Made by a program: the position numbers and the translations under genes. From Psilocybe cubensis (taxonomy: Eukaryota), in contig CM039010.1 in the NCBI GenBank assembly GCA_017499595.2, positions 2,046,001 through 2,110,000 of the forward strand: a stretch of 64,000 nt of DNA, read 5' to 3'. The notes beneath the pieces were generated by a model, which was given only the letters and a program-made list of their open reading frames with translations, did not search any database and was not told the origin of the DNA. Positions within the stretch are counted from its first letter, which is position 1. Every line of letters begins with the position of its first letter. Positions 26,314 to 38,030 of this stretch are shown here, one piece after another.

Positions 26314-28358
26314 ATGAACTCTACGGTACATTATGAGGAGTTAAATATGTCTGAAATTCGCGATCAAGACAGCGAAGGTCGTGATGATGTGGAAGACGGC
26401 GGAGCAAAGGCGTGGATTAGCATTACAGGAGCGTAAGTATTTCACTTCCTCGAATGGTGGAAAGAGTCATGAATGTTCTGCACAGTTGGCTTGTACTGTT
26501 TGCCACATTCGGGTATAGTCCAACTCAGTTAATAATATTGGTGTATAACTGATGTTTGAATGCAGCTATCTCTATTCATTTGGTGTCTATCAAGGTGCGG
26601 GAAGAGAGGTGGCTGAGTTTGCTACGCGTGCTTAAATGACGCAGACTTTTATACCAGAATATTTCTTTCTAATCACAGTGCAAGCAAAATTGCGTATGTC
26701 AATTCATTCCCTGTCAAAATAATTTTTGACAATGTAGGATCCGATTGCAGCTGGATAGGAAGCTTTCAGCTCATGATGCCATTCGTGTTCGGGGCCGTCT
26801 CTGGAAAGCTTTTCGACGCAGGGTACTTTCATGCCTTGGAGATAGTAGGATCAGCAATTTTTACTTTGTCGTGAGTTTAGCTTATTTTGAGGAGTTCCGA
26901 GGAACATCTGGGTTTATTATTTTGGTGACAGGTTATTTGCACTCTCGTTCACCAAGCCTCAACAATACCTTGAGGTATTCCTTAGTCAGGGAGTTGGAAT
27001 GGGACTTGGTCTAGGACTTACCTTTGTCCCTACACTAAGTTTGACTGTTCACCACTTTAGACGCCGCAAGGTACTTGCTACTGGAATTGCTATGAGCGGT
27101 AGTTCCCTTGGAGCAGTCCTTTTCCCCATAAGTAAGCATGGTTTTATTACCCCAGATTCACTCTCATCTCAACCCCATTTGCAGTGATCAAGTGAGTGGA
27201 CGAATATTCTTGTCATCGGCATGATTTACATTGTGCTCTACCAGTAATCTGATAACATCGATTGGATTTGCTCGAACGGTCCGCGCAAGCGCATACGTAG
27301 TACTTGGAATGGTGGTCATTGGCAATCTTCTAATGAGGACTGCTTACAAGAAGAAGCAGACCGATGGTCCACAGATGAATATACTTAGCTTCTTAACCGA
27401 TGCCCCATACATGCTTGCCACATTAGGGTAGGTGGGAATTGACCCATTTTCAAGGCATGTACTCATCTTGTTTAATTACAGTGCTTTAATAGCAACCTTT
27501 GGGTTCTACTTTCCACGTATGTTCCAAATGATTGATATAAAAGCCCATCGTTTTACTTATCATGGTGTACAGTCATCTACCTACAGCTTTACGCTGTAAC
27601 GCACGGGATCAACACCACTTTAGCATTCTACTCCGTGAGATCAACTTTCTTTGACGTAATTTTTGCCACAGTGTTTGACCCTGAATACCTCAGATTGCGA
27701 TTCTTAACGCTGGGAGTACGATTGGCCGTCTGCTCGGAAACTATTTTGCTGAAATCTATGGTCCTTTCAATGTCCTTATCCCATGCAGTTTTTTAACAGC
27801 GGCGAGCATATTTTGTGTTTTCGGAGTGTAAGCTTCTGCGATAGGATGATAGTTATGCTTGCGTCTGATATCGCTTATAGTCATGATTCTGCGACGCTTG
27901 TCATAGTCAGCATATTTCACGGCACTTTCGCAGGCGCATGTCAGCAGAGATTTCTTGACTGTGAACCATAACTTATGTGTTCTTTGTTTAGGGTTATCAA
28001 TATCGGTTGCTTCCCTTTCCACATTGGCTCGCCACCCAAATGAAATCGGGTTTGTCTCGCCGTTTCCGTTTAAAAACTGAGGCGCTCAATGGCATAATTT
28101 TACAGGGCACGAACGGGAATCGCTCTAGCTCTTAGTAGCTTTGGATCATTGGGCGCCGCTCCCGTACAGGGTGCGCTATTAGGTTCAGATTTTCACTGGG
28201 CCGTACCCATCGTTTTTTCCGGAGTATGTTCAATTGAGTTCTTCCTCAGTCCGTAACTCACCGCGTGGATATTTTAGTCGGTCATGACCCTGACTGGCGT
28301 CTGTGTTTGGATGACCAGAACGCTACTTGTTCGTGAGCGGGGGGTGAAAAAAGTGTAA
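26314..28358 (+). CDS. MFS transporter, monocarboxylate-porter family, paralog 2
   Basis: EDGGAKAWISITGA, WIGSFQLMMPF..SGKLFDAGYF, SQGVGMGLGLGLTFVP, HHFRRRKVLATGIAMSGSSLG, ARTGIAL. 7-nt microexon at 27185-27191. Confidence 0.9.
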
Positions 28359-29179
28359 TGTTAGGGCAACACTGCAACGGACGTTTTGATCATGACCACA
28401 TTACGAACTTTATTCATCTCACATTACAAGTTTCCTGGACTATAGCTGATCTCTGTTACAATACATTTCATTACTGTGACTGCATATCTGCATATTCGTT
28501 AGCCTAGTAGCCACAATGGACACACGGATCAATTTACACACGCTAGAATTTCTTGACCAATAAAGCGTTATATGTGTGTCGCCGTCTGTGAAGAAGATAA
28601 AGCGATTCTGCGAGCACAAGATCATGATCAAACAGCACTCTTTGTGCTACACTCGCGCTTGGTTCGATAAGCGGTAATGTTGATACATTCCGTACAGACA
28701 CACGCGAGTGGAGGATGTCAATACTACAGCAGTAAGTTTGAGTTGCCGTATGATCCTTCGACCTTTTTTCACAACTTTGGAGGTTGCGTGCTTGCCTCCC
28801 TGAATTAACTGTTCCAGAGTATTTTCCTTTTGCTTGTGCTCTGGAGGACCATTATACATCATTGCATACAGTTAAGCACGGTAATTCATCTGCTCGGCAG
28901 AATCCGAGCTTACTCTTTTCACACTTTTCACCATAAAACCTCGGATAGGTTGCAATAAAAAAATGTATTCAAGTATGTAAAGAGTGTATATACACAGAAG
29001 TGCCTTTAAATTTTGAGTAAGTGCTGTCAAATCAGTAGAATACGTATGGATGTTATCTACCACCCCCCAATGTTACCACATTTGCGCACTTCCGTATTCA
29101 ATTCACGCTTACCGAGGTAAAAAAAATATCAGAGCAATTTAGAGTACAGACAAAGTAAAAGGTACATTGTTTACAAGGG

Positions 29180-29634
29180 CCATTTCTCAGACGCGCGTCA
29201 GCGCGAAATCAATATAATCAAAGCAACATTGCTTTTTCGATCACCCAAAAATTCGAAATATGCCTGAAAACGTTGTAATCGAGGCTTAAAAACACTGTAA
29301 TCGGGCCTGAAAATATGGTAACACTGGGGAAATAACACGATAAATTACCTCCCGTCTTTCTGTACAAAAACACTCTAGGGAATAGCATGATGAATTGCCA
29401 CCCAACTTTCCGTGCAAAGCACGGGGGCACTGCTAGTTTTTGAAAAATTGCCTCTCGTCTCACACGGTATTTCACAAAATTTATGCTTGTGACAATCCGT
29501 ACATATTGTCAAATACTTTCAAGTCATTTCTCTTCAAAATTTTAACAGAAATAAAGCATCACAAGTCTCTCTCTTTTTCTCTCCATTTTTGGTCATTTCT
29601 CGTTTGGGACACCCACTCCTATGAACGGAAAACC
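29180..29634 (+). repeat. Unclassified dispersed element end, interrupted by the Helitron-like insertion
   Basis: 29180-29208 plus 29437-29634 align colinearly with the reverse complement of 62162-62389. Confidence 0.85.
29209..29436 (+). mobile_element. Non-autonomous Helitron-like element, 228 bp
   Basis: 5' TC, 3' CTAG, hairpin CCGTGC-AAA-GCACGG at 29410-29424, inserted between A and T with no TSD. The empty site is visible in the 62.3-kb copy of the host repeat. Confidence 0.85.
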
Positions 29635-29649
29635 TGGTTATATGACACA

Positions 29650-29749
29650 AAATGTTGTGGCATTTATGGGTCATATTCTGGTCAAATTTTTCGTTTCAAA
29701 CAAATTGAAAAATTTGACCAGAATATGACCCATAAATGCCACAACATTT
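29650..29749. repeat. Perfect 43-bp inverted repeat with 14-nt spacer
   Basis: 29650-29692 is the exact reverse complement of 29707-29749. Confidence 0.92.
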
Positions 29750-32700
29750 GTATCAATTTCTTTTGGGATATGGTCCGATTTATGATCATTTGAGTTCCCT
29801 CAACTGCTTGGGTTTTGCTCCTCGTTTGTCTCGTCGCCGTCCCCCCGCTTGCCGTCCACCTTCCGCTGCTCGTCGATGCTGGCTTGCCTTCGCCTTCTAT
29901 CTGCCGTTGCGCTCTATATTTCCCAATCCAACGATGGCTAAACCATCTATGGTAGCTCGGGTATTTTCGCGCCGAAATCGCTGCACGTCGCCTTCACCTT
30001 ACTTCCCTTCCCTTCCATCTACTCAACGACGGTTCTGTCTTGTCGCTACCGCCATGCCCTTCCCTCCGCTTTCTACCCTCGATGTTGATGCCGACTAGCT
30101 TTTTTACTCATTGCACTGACTTCCACCGCCACTGGCATCCTGACTGCGTGGTCACAGGTCACTTCGACTTTTCTTCTTTTCTAACCTAACCCATTTTTTT
30201 TGTTTGTAATCTGTTTATTGTCGGGCAAAAAGCAATCAATGTGTTAAGACACATGGGTGAGTTTCTCTCATCTTCCTACACTGATATGTCTACCGTGTAC
30301 TTCTATCAAACGAACAGTTATAGGTTCTGCAGTGACGAATTATCTTGATAGCGTATGCGTATTTTGAGGACGAACACAATCGGTGGCTGTTGTCTTTGGT
30401 ACGCCTTTTTTTCTCAGAGTCTTCCCATGCGCGAAGTTTCCACTCGTCTCTAAATCGGCCACATCCCACAACCTGGCCTCCATAATGTTTCTGTCTCTGT
30501 ATTCCCTGGTCTTTCTCCTTTCTAAAATCTCCGTTCGGCTCATGGAGAACGTAACATCCTGTTTGATGCATGTCGGACTTGTTACGACTCATACACCAGT
30601 TTTACCAGGTTTTTGATACGTCATTCGATAATCGATGGTGAGCTTAAGAGGGGCGATGAATCTGCAGTTTCCCGTGCCTTCCTTCGGGACAGACTCCACA
30701 GTCACACTGCCCGCGTGTTTATGTCATTCATATTGGGGACCTACAGCGTAGATGTCACGATGACTGATGACCAGGTGTGGTCTTTCTTCCAGAGTTCCTA
30801 ATTTTCAGGCTTTGAGTAGGATCATACCGGTGACGGCCAGCGAGGACTTCTGCGACTGACTACGTTCGAAGCACGCTTGTGCTGACCCCACCGCGCAATT
30901 ACGGTCTATTGACGGATAATCATCCTAAACCCTCTAGTACATCGTTCTCTCTGTTAATCCTGAGAGTATCCTCCACAGCCATTCTAGTTACTGGACCACT
31001 AGTACCCCTTAAATGCAGAGCATCGTCCTCGCCGATGCAATGTATCTTTTGCCACATAATCTGGTTGTAGTACCTGGTCTTGAGCGCTAGAACGCTACTT
31101 TTTTTGGAAAATCCAACGTAGACGTGGGCACAGCTTTGCTTTCCTCACACGTTGTTTCATCTCATGGCTGAAGCCTTGACTTGTTTCTTCGTTTAACCGT
31201 GAACCGGCTACAATTGGTATTTCCGCTTCTCGGTAGCGGAAAATCTTTTAATTTTTTCAACAGCTTTGGAGTATTGCTTTACAACTCTTTCCCCTGTTCT
31301 TGAAGTCTTTAAAATGCAGCTTTCTGGGAATAAGGGGTTGGATATTGACCTCAGCATTCATAAAGCATAATCGTCGTGCTTTACAACGGCTAACTAAGGA
31401 TGTCAATGACTATCATGTGTATGCTGTAGTGACCTATCAATGGCGAATAGCTGGCCCTTTACGGAAGTTTTCCTCTACTTCTTCAGCGAGTGCACTTCGC
31501 CTCAAGCACGCGTTCCAATCTTAGCACATTTGAATGTATATCCTTTTTGTCTTTATACTGTGTTGTGGTCTCCACTCGCATCACATACCCATCCTGAAAC
31601 AATGTCTATTGCAAAACAAAACTGCACACAAATAAAAGTTCTCTGCATACGCTGTTTATTCAAAGTGCCATACTCCAGACCATCCATCCTATCCTGATGT
31701 TATTCTTGTTTTCTCTATGGCTGACTGACATCAGCTGTCCTGAAGTCCTCGTTTATTCCGGAGGTACTGCCGTCCGCGGTATTTTTATCTGCAATATTGT
31801 CCAGCGGGATGCTAATGATGCCTCGAGACGACTGAATCTCCGCTCGCATGCGGTCACGCCGATTAAGCGAGGCGAGGAGGATACCTGCATATACCACCCA
31901 TAATCAGACGCACATGGAAAAGTTACAGAGTTTAGCTTGATTTGGAGAGTTTCAATGATTAATAGACTGACCGTGGCTAAGTGTGAAAAGAGTCCGATAT
32001 ATGCCAGCGTATTGTTCATAGTTATTTTCTACCCAAGCCAAAAACTATGAACGCAATCGGAATTCAGGAAGGGGTGAATATCTCACGAGAACAAGGGTTA
32101 CAATGTTCACCATAGTTGTGGCCACCCCTGTCGTCACCGTATATACTATCAACGACTTCACGACGGACGTTGTTCTAATTGGACACCAATATATGCGAGA
32201 ACTAGGAAACGAGTCAGTCAATTACATACTGTCTGACCTCTGACCGTTTTTTCCAAAGGAGGGAAGACAAGGATCCGGCAATGACTGAACCGGCCATGAT
32301 TATTGAAATAAGGACGGCACATATAGGTGTCTGTCAGGTATTATAACGAGGCTTAAACTATATTCAATGCTATAATGGGATTCAATCATCATAGGCTCAC
32401 GTCTAACTCCAGCACTTTCAGTCCGCTCTGTTGGCGACTACGCGTATTTATCGACGTCAAAGCTTGGCCTAAAAGTGTCGAAGATAATAACACGTACGAT
32501 ATGGAAGCCAGATTTGGATGTTTTTTTGAATTACAGTGTTAAATTTGAATTTTGGATAGTGGAGAAGCATTACGCACAATAGCCAGTGACCAGGGGACTG
32601 ATACTAGAAAGGGTCTGGAAGGCGTGCATTGTAGATTGTAAGGTCGTATTTCCATACAAATCCGTCATATATCAATATTCCGCGTCCCTCCAGTGGATAA

Positions 32701-33496
32701 CGTACGTCTACATTGAGGTGTTAGTTGGAACTGCAGTGTGGAGATTCGCCGTACTCCATTGCATGGTACATACCCAGCTGTACTGGAATCGGGGGAAGAA
32801 TGGTACTACATCTCCGCTGCACCGGTGATCAGTAACACATATTTCATAACTTGGAGAGAGGGCCCACCACCGCATTATGCATCCGCTCTTGACCACAACC
32901 CGTCCACGACACAAGGTAAAATTTACCACGCTCTGGACTAATTTTATCTGGATACTAAACACTTAGATGTTTGCACACTCAAAATGTAGGTACTACAATA
33001 TAAGAAAAGGCAGGAAACCAGTGAGTAATGTCTCTATTTTTTGATGTTCGCATTTTCAACAAAAAATCGTGTCATAAAAGTAACTGTTCCCAGAGGGGAA
33101 ATAGTGAAACGTAATGTATTCCATTTCCAACTGTGATGTGCTTTTGTATTTGGCAGCACAATAAGACGATTCGCAAAACAATTTATTGGAAGTGACGTAC
33201 TTATGATAGCGACTGTACCAGCGATTCCCCGCCTCACTCAGAACGCCGCTCATGTTAGAAGTCGGAATGGTATAAGCCATGGAGAGACGCAATCGAACAC
33301 TTTTTACTACAAGACCGATCAGCTCATGTGTTGAATATGACCTTAAAATCTTTAGATAACGCCATGCGCAAACTCGGGGTCTACAGTGACCTCAGTCATT
33401 TTGCTAACATGTACAGCTATCCTTGCCAGGTGCGCCTGAAGTATACATTAAAACATGAGTAGGCAACGGTATGTCTGGCGCCTGACCTTGTCATTT

Positions 33497-34840
33497 TTAT
33501 CTAGGAGTCCTGATGGACCTTCGTGAAGTGCTGAGGTTAGCTCGAGGGACCTTTTCTCTCGAAGATTTGCCCTTCCATTGAGTCTATTGTATAGTATATA
33601 TATAGTCAATAAATAGGACATCTAAAAAGGTATGTCGACCTACGATCCAAGAAAGGAGTTGGATAATACTGTCAGGAGTTGTTAGCCATCCGGAGTTCTT
33701 ATTATCGTGACTCGGTGAGACGTACTACGGGCCAGGGACATGAAAATTGCAAGCCAGATATCTTAATCTGGTGTTAGTATATACACGATATGCCGAGGAG
33801 TTTTTCTCACAGCTCTCAGGCTTCGTTAAGAACTGTTATTTCAATTGAGTTGTCGTTTTTTTTATAAGGCGGCCGCTAAAGACTCTACTCACACATATCA
33901 GCAACAATATTCCGGCCAGACTAGTTACTACTCCAGTTTCTTTGAATGATATCAGTAGTGCAGATATATTCAATAATATGACGACTTACGAATGGTCCAA
34001 GAGGTAATCTTATCAATAAAGAAAGCAGTTCTTTCGAATGGTACTAACACGTGAGATACTGCTTTCAATTTTATACTTTATACTGACCTTCCATGAGACG
34101 ATTGCAGGCCAATTATCTTGATGTAGTATGATAGCAATATGGCGATAAATAAGTCCACAGAGGAGCCTATTGATAATGTAGCCGCGCAGAGCCACTTCCA
34201 TCGAGTTTCAAATCGATGAAGAGTTGAGTTGAAAGCTTCAACGGTAAGTAAGATAGTCATTACGAGACGGAGCGACGTAAGGAACCAGCATATCAGGGGT
34301 AAAACAAACTTCCTGCTTAACAGTCGAATTCTTTCGATGTAGAAAACCTTTTAGAGTATTAGATGAAAGATTTCCTACAGAAACGACGTGTTGATTGAGT
34401 ACCTGAACAATTGTTGCAATAATGCCTCCCAAAAGAATTGACATATCAAAAGATCGTGGAAGCACAAGTAATTCTGACGGCGGGTCCCCATATCCAAGAA
34501 TGGCCAACACATAGCACGAATGGCATATACACACGCAATGTGCAAGCTCCAAGATCCTAAAAATGATTATGAACGGACTGAAGGCAATTATTGCTCATGA
34601 AATCATGATACCAGACCATCATAACCTAGAAATAAAGGAATGAGTGAACTACCATAGTACATAGAGTTACTGGCAGACCGTGATTTTAAGGTGAACTTTG
34701 TCCGTTGGGAAGTTTGAATAATACAAATATGTTTGAACCGTTCCTATTCCAAACAGACAGCAGGACACAAGAAATCCTATTAGGAGGGCTCCAATGGTAT
34801 TGTGAACGCTCGGTAAAGCAGGAGGTATGAAAGATGCCAT
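33497..34840 (-). CDS. DUF6534-type integral membrane protein, paralog 3
   Basis: NTIGALLIGFLVSCCLFGIGTVQTYLYYSNFPTDK; WKWLCAATLSIGSSVDLFIAILLSYY; ETGVVTSLAGILLLIC; LSNSFLGSLNGR. Confidence 0.85.
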
Positions 34841-35604
34841 TGATGCCGCAAGTTTCACAATGTGAACTCGCTCTTCTTATAATCCAGGAATATGACAGTT
34901 TGCAATGATGATTCCTATTTTAACCAAGGGAATAAATGCCCCGAGAGATTCTCCATAATACATGATACGGCAGGTTGGGGTCATGACACGTAGACTACTA
35001 TTTGCGCCCTTAAACCTCAAATTCCATCAATTAGTGATACATTTGCAGAAACGTCGGAGCAGCTAGTACCAAGTGTCCGCTTAGCACCTGCGATATCAAT
35101 CACAAATGACCAAAATACTATATATACATTGGTTATTCAGCGGAAAACAGGATCAATAACGATGTGATGGCCAGTATATTGCTCTTCAATCAGATTGTCT
35201 AATAATAACCAAGTACTCGTCAATTTACGTATGAGAAAAAGTTGCGAAATCAGCGACAATACAATGAAATCAACGGCTTGATGTCACTCCATAATCCGAC
35301 AGATTCTTTCCGTATGCCCGATGCGGTGTGCTATGGATTATCTACCAACCAAAACAACCAAACGTGTATCTGTTATGTGCTTTTATAGACACGACCCTGT
35401 CTACCAGTATAACTTAGATCAGCCCAGTACACGGCGCTGGGCAGTTGAAATCATGCTATAATTTCTATATCAAAAGCTAGATTGATTAGTTGACTTATCT
35501 TAGATGCTTACTGGTCTATAGGCATACTTTCACAACTTGACTCTTCAAAGTGTATTAAAGACCACGACTTCCCTTTTCATCTTATCCCCAGCGTCACTAG
35601 ATCA

Positions 35605-36982
35605 ATGATTTTCGACGTGCAAAACACCCTTGGATACCTCTTAATTGGAACAGCTGTATCTTGCTGTCTCTTTGGAGTGGTTGTTGTTCAGACATACATC
35701 TATTACACTCGCTTTCCGAATGACAAGCTCTACTTGAAGATTATGGCAAGCATCTCCACATCACCATTCTTAATGAAAAGATTTCATAACTCCTTCCTAG
35801 GTTCTCACAGTTTGGTAAGGATGTCAAGAAGACTTGCTACTAGTAATGAGTAGCAATGCTTTGGTGTACACTAAGATACTCTTGACAGGTTATGCGAGCT
35901 TGGCCATTGCATCTGTTTTTGCCATGGCATCTATTTTTTGCTTGTCAATAGATTTGGAAATCCGTTCTATATTCTCAAGCCACCAAAATCTTTGGATATA
36001 GCTCTATTCTTCAGTGGAATAATTGGACCTATTGTACAGGTAACATTTCATTTTAATTGATCTTTACGATGCCACCAAATTGTGTTGCACAGATATTTTT
36101 TGCAGAACGAGTCCATATTGTCAGCAAAAAGATTTATATACCCATCATATGCTGGATTTCCTCCACCATTCGAGGTGTCTTGACGTTCATTTCCATGGCT
36201 GAAGCGCTTAATATGTCAACCCTGCTGAGTTTCCAAGAGGAATGGAAATGGCTTTTGAGTACTGTATTAGCAACCGGGTCTCTAATCGACCTAGTTATAG
36301 CCCTTTCTCTATCTTATTATCTCAAAGAACATGGCAAAAGGTGTGTCCAATTCTATCACATTTTCGTTGACAGCTTAATCATGGTTTACACCTCATCAGT
36401 TCTGCATCTACTGTCGACAAAATTATTGCTTGGACAGTCCGTAAGGCAGAGATACTTTCAATCTGGATAGACCCAGACTCAATAGCAAAATATAGAGACC
36501 GGCCTTCTTACCTGTCTTAATGGATTGGCAATGCTGGTGTCGGTATGTACTTAATTAAGGTTTAACCAAATGGAAACAATTGACTACTCACGGATGAATG
36601 CAGTATTTGGCATTTCCAGATACTTGTAAGTCTATAGGCATTTAATTATTCTTTAAAGTGCTTATATTGCTTTAGTTATGTGGCTGGCGTTCCTTGCCTG
36701 CATGGCAAGAAGTATGTTGTCAATTTATTTTACAATCTATTGCCCTGACGTTTATCAATGTGCGTCAGTGTTTTCGTGCTCTTTACTCGCTTCGTATGTC
36801 CCATTACAAGCTATAATTGAATAATGTTTTGGTTACTAAATGCCTTTGTAGTCTCAATGGTCGAACTAATACACAACGGTTTCCGACAAGGGTTCCAGGG
36901 GTGAAGAGACAACCATCTAGATTGCTTGCGCTCGAGGTGAGCACCACTTTATTTTAGTCACAACAATGGCGTTTTACAGTAA
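35605..36982 (+). CDS. DUF6534-type integral membrane protein, paralog 4 (3' end approximate)
   Basis: NTLGYLLIGTAVSCCLFGVVVVQTYIYYTRFPNDK; IFFAERV; WKWLLSTVLATGSLIDLVIALSLSYYL; ETGLLT; SLLASLNGR. First intron 35746-35800 is GC-AG. Confidence 0.85.
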
Positions 36983-37256
36983 GCTAGAACCTCTCAATAG
37001 AAGGATCTCTGAATGACAGTACCAAACTAGGAGACATGGGCGAAAAAGTTTGTTGAGGATATCTATGTGTATTCGACATCGCCGACATTCCCACCTCTCT
37101 CTAGGGGGGCTTCTATTAGATGAAACACGATTTACACACGTATGCCAATTATAAACAGATAACGGCAAAGATACTGTAACCTATTTATATTATATTTCGG
37201 ACTAGATTTGAACCAATCAACAAGAACCTCTAGAGGGTGTGGAGTATCAACATGAG

Positions 37257-37626
37257 CGCTAAGTTTTACCATAAAGGTTTCGTTAGATCACTCCTTCTCA
37301 TCATTCACCACTTGTACACGAATGCTTTCCTATGCTCCCGAGAAGGCCGACTTCTGTACTGAGACCGTGCACAGGATTAAACCTAAAACGTCTGACAGTC
37401 ACATGCAACGAGTTTTGGAGGTGTATGAAGGTGTATGAGGACGCTAAGTTTTACCATAAAGGTTTCTTTAGATCGCTCCTTCTCATCATTCACCACTTGT
37501 ACACGAATGCTTTCCTATGCTCCCGGGAAGGCCGACTTCTGTACTGAGACCGTGCACAGGATCAAACCTAAAACGTCTGACAGTCACATGCAACGAGTTT
37601 TAGAGGTGGATGAAGGTGTATGAGGA
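37257..37626. repeat. Tandem duplication, 2 x 185 bp
   Basis: 37257-37441 and 37442-37626 align without gaps, with about six substitutions. Confidence 0.95.
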
Positions 37627-38030
37627 CGTCGAATGGACGAACTCAAGTTAGAGACCTTGGGAAAGTGCTTTTGGATAAACCAACTTCGGATTGGAAAAAA
37701 TGGCCTGAAGAGAGTCCATATAGCACCATATATCTGAGATCCGGCGGTATTTGCAGATAACAAGATGCGAAATATGTTTTGCTCAGGGGATCAGAAGCTG
37801 TAGCTAGTATTGATATTGATCGTTCGGCTGAACGTGTTGGCAGTCAGTGTGAGCATACACTAATTTTAGAATTGCCTATGAAAAAATTGTATTTTCATTA
37901 GTTTGGTCACGTTGTATTTTGATTCTCATGGGACAGATTTTTACTTATAATTAAAAGTATGGCCAGCCTGATATAACACTTGCCTCTTCTTACCGCTACC
38001 ACCGTCAACAAACAATTCACCTACAGCAGT

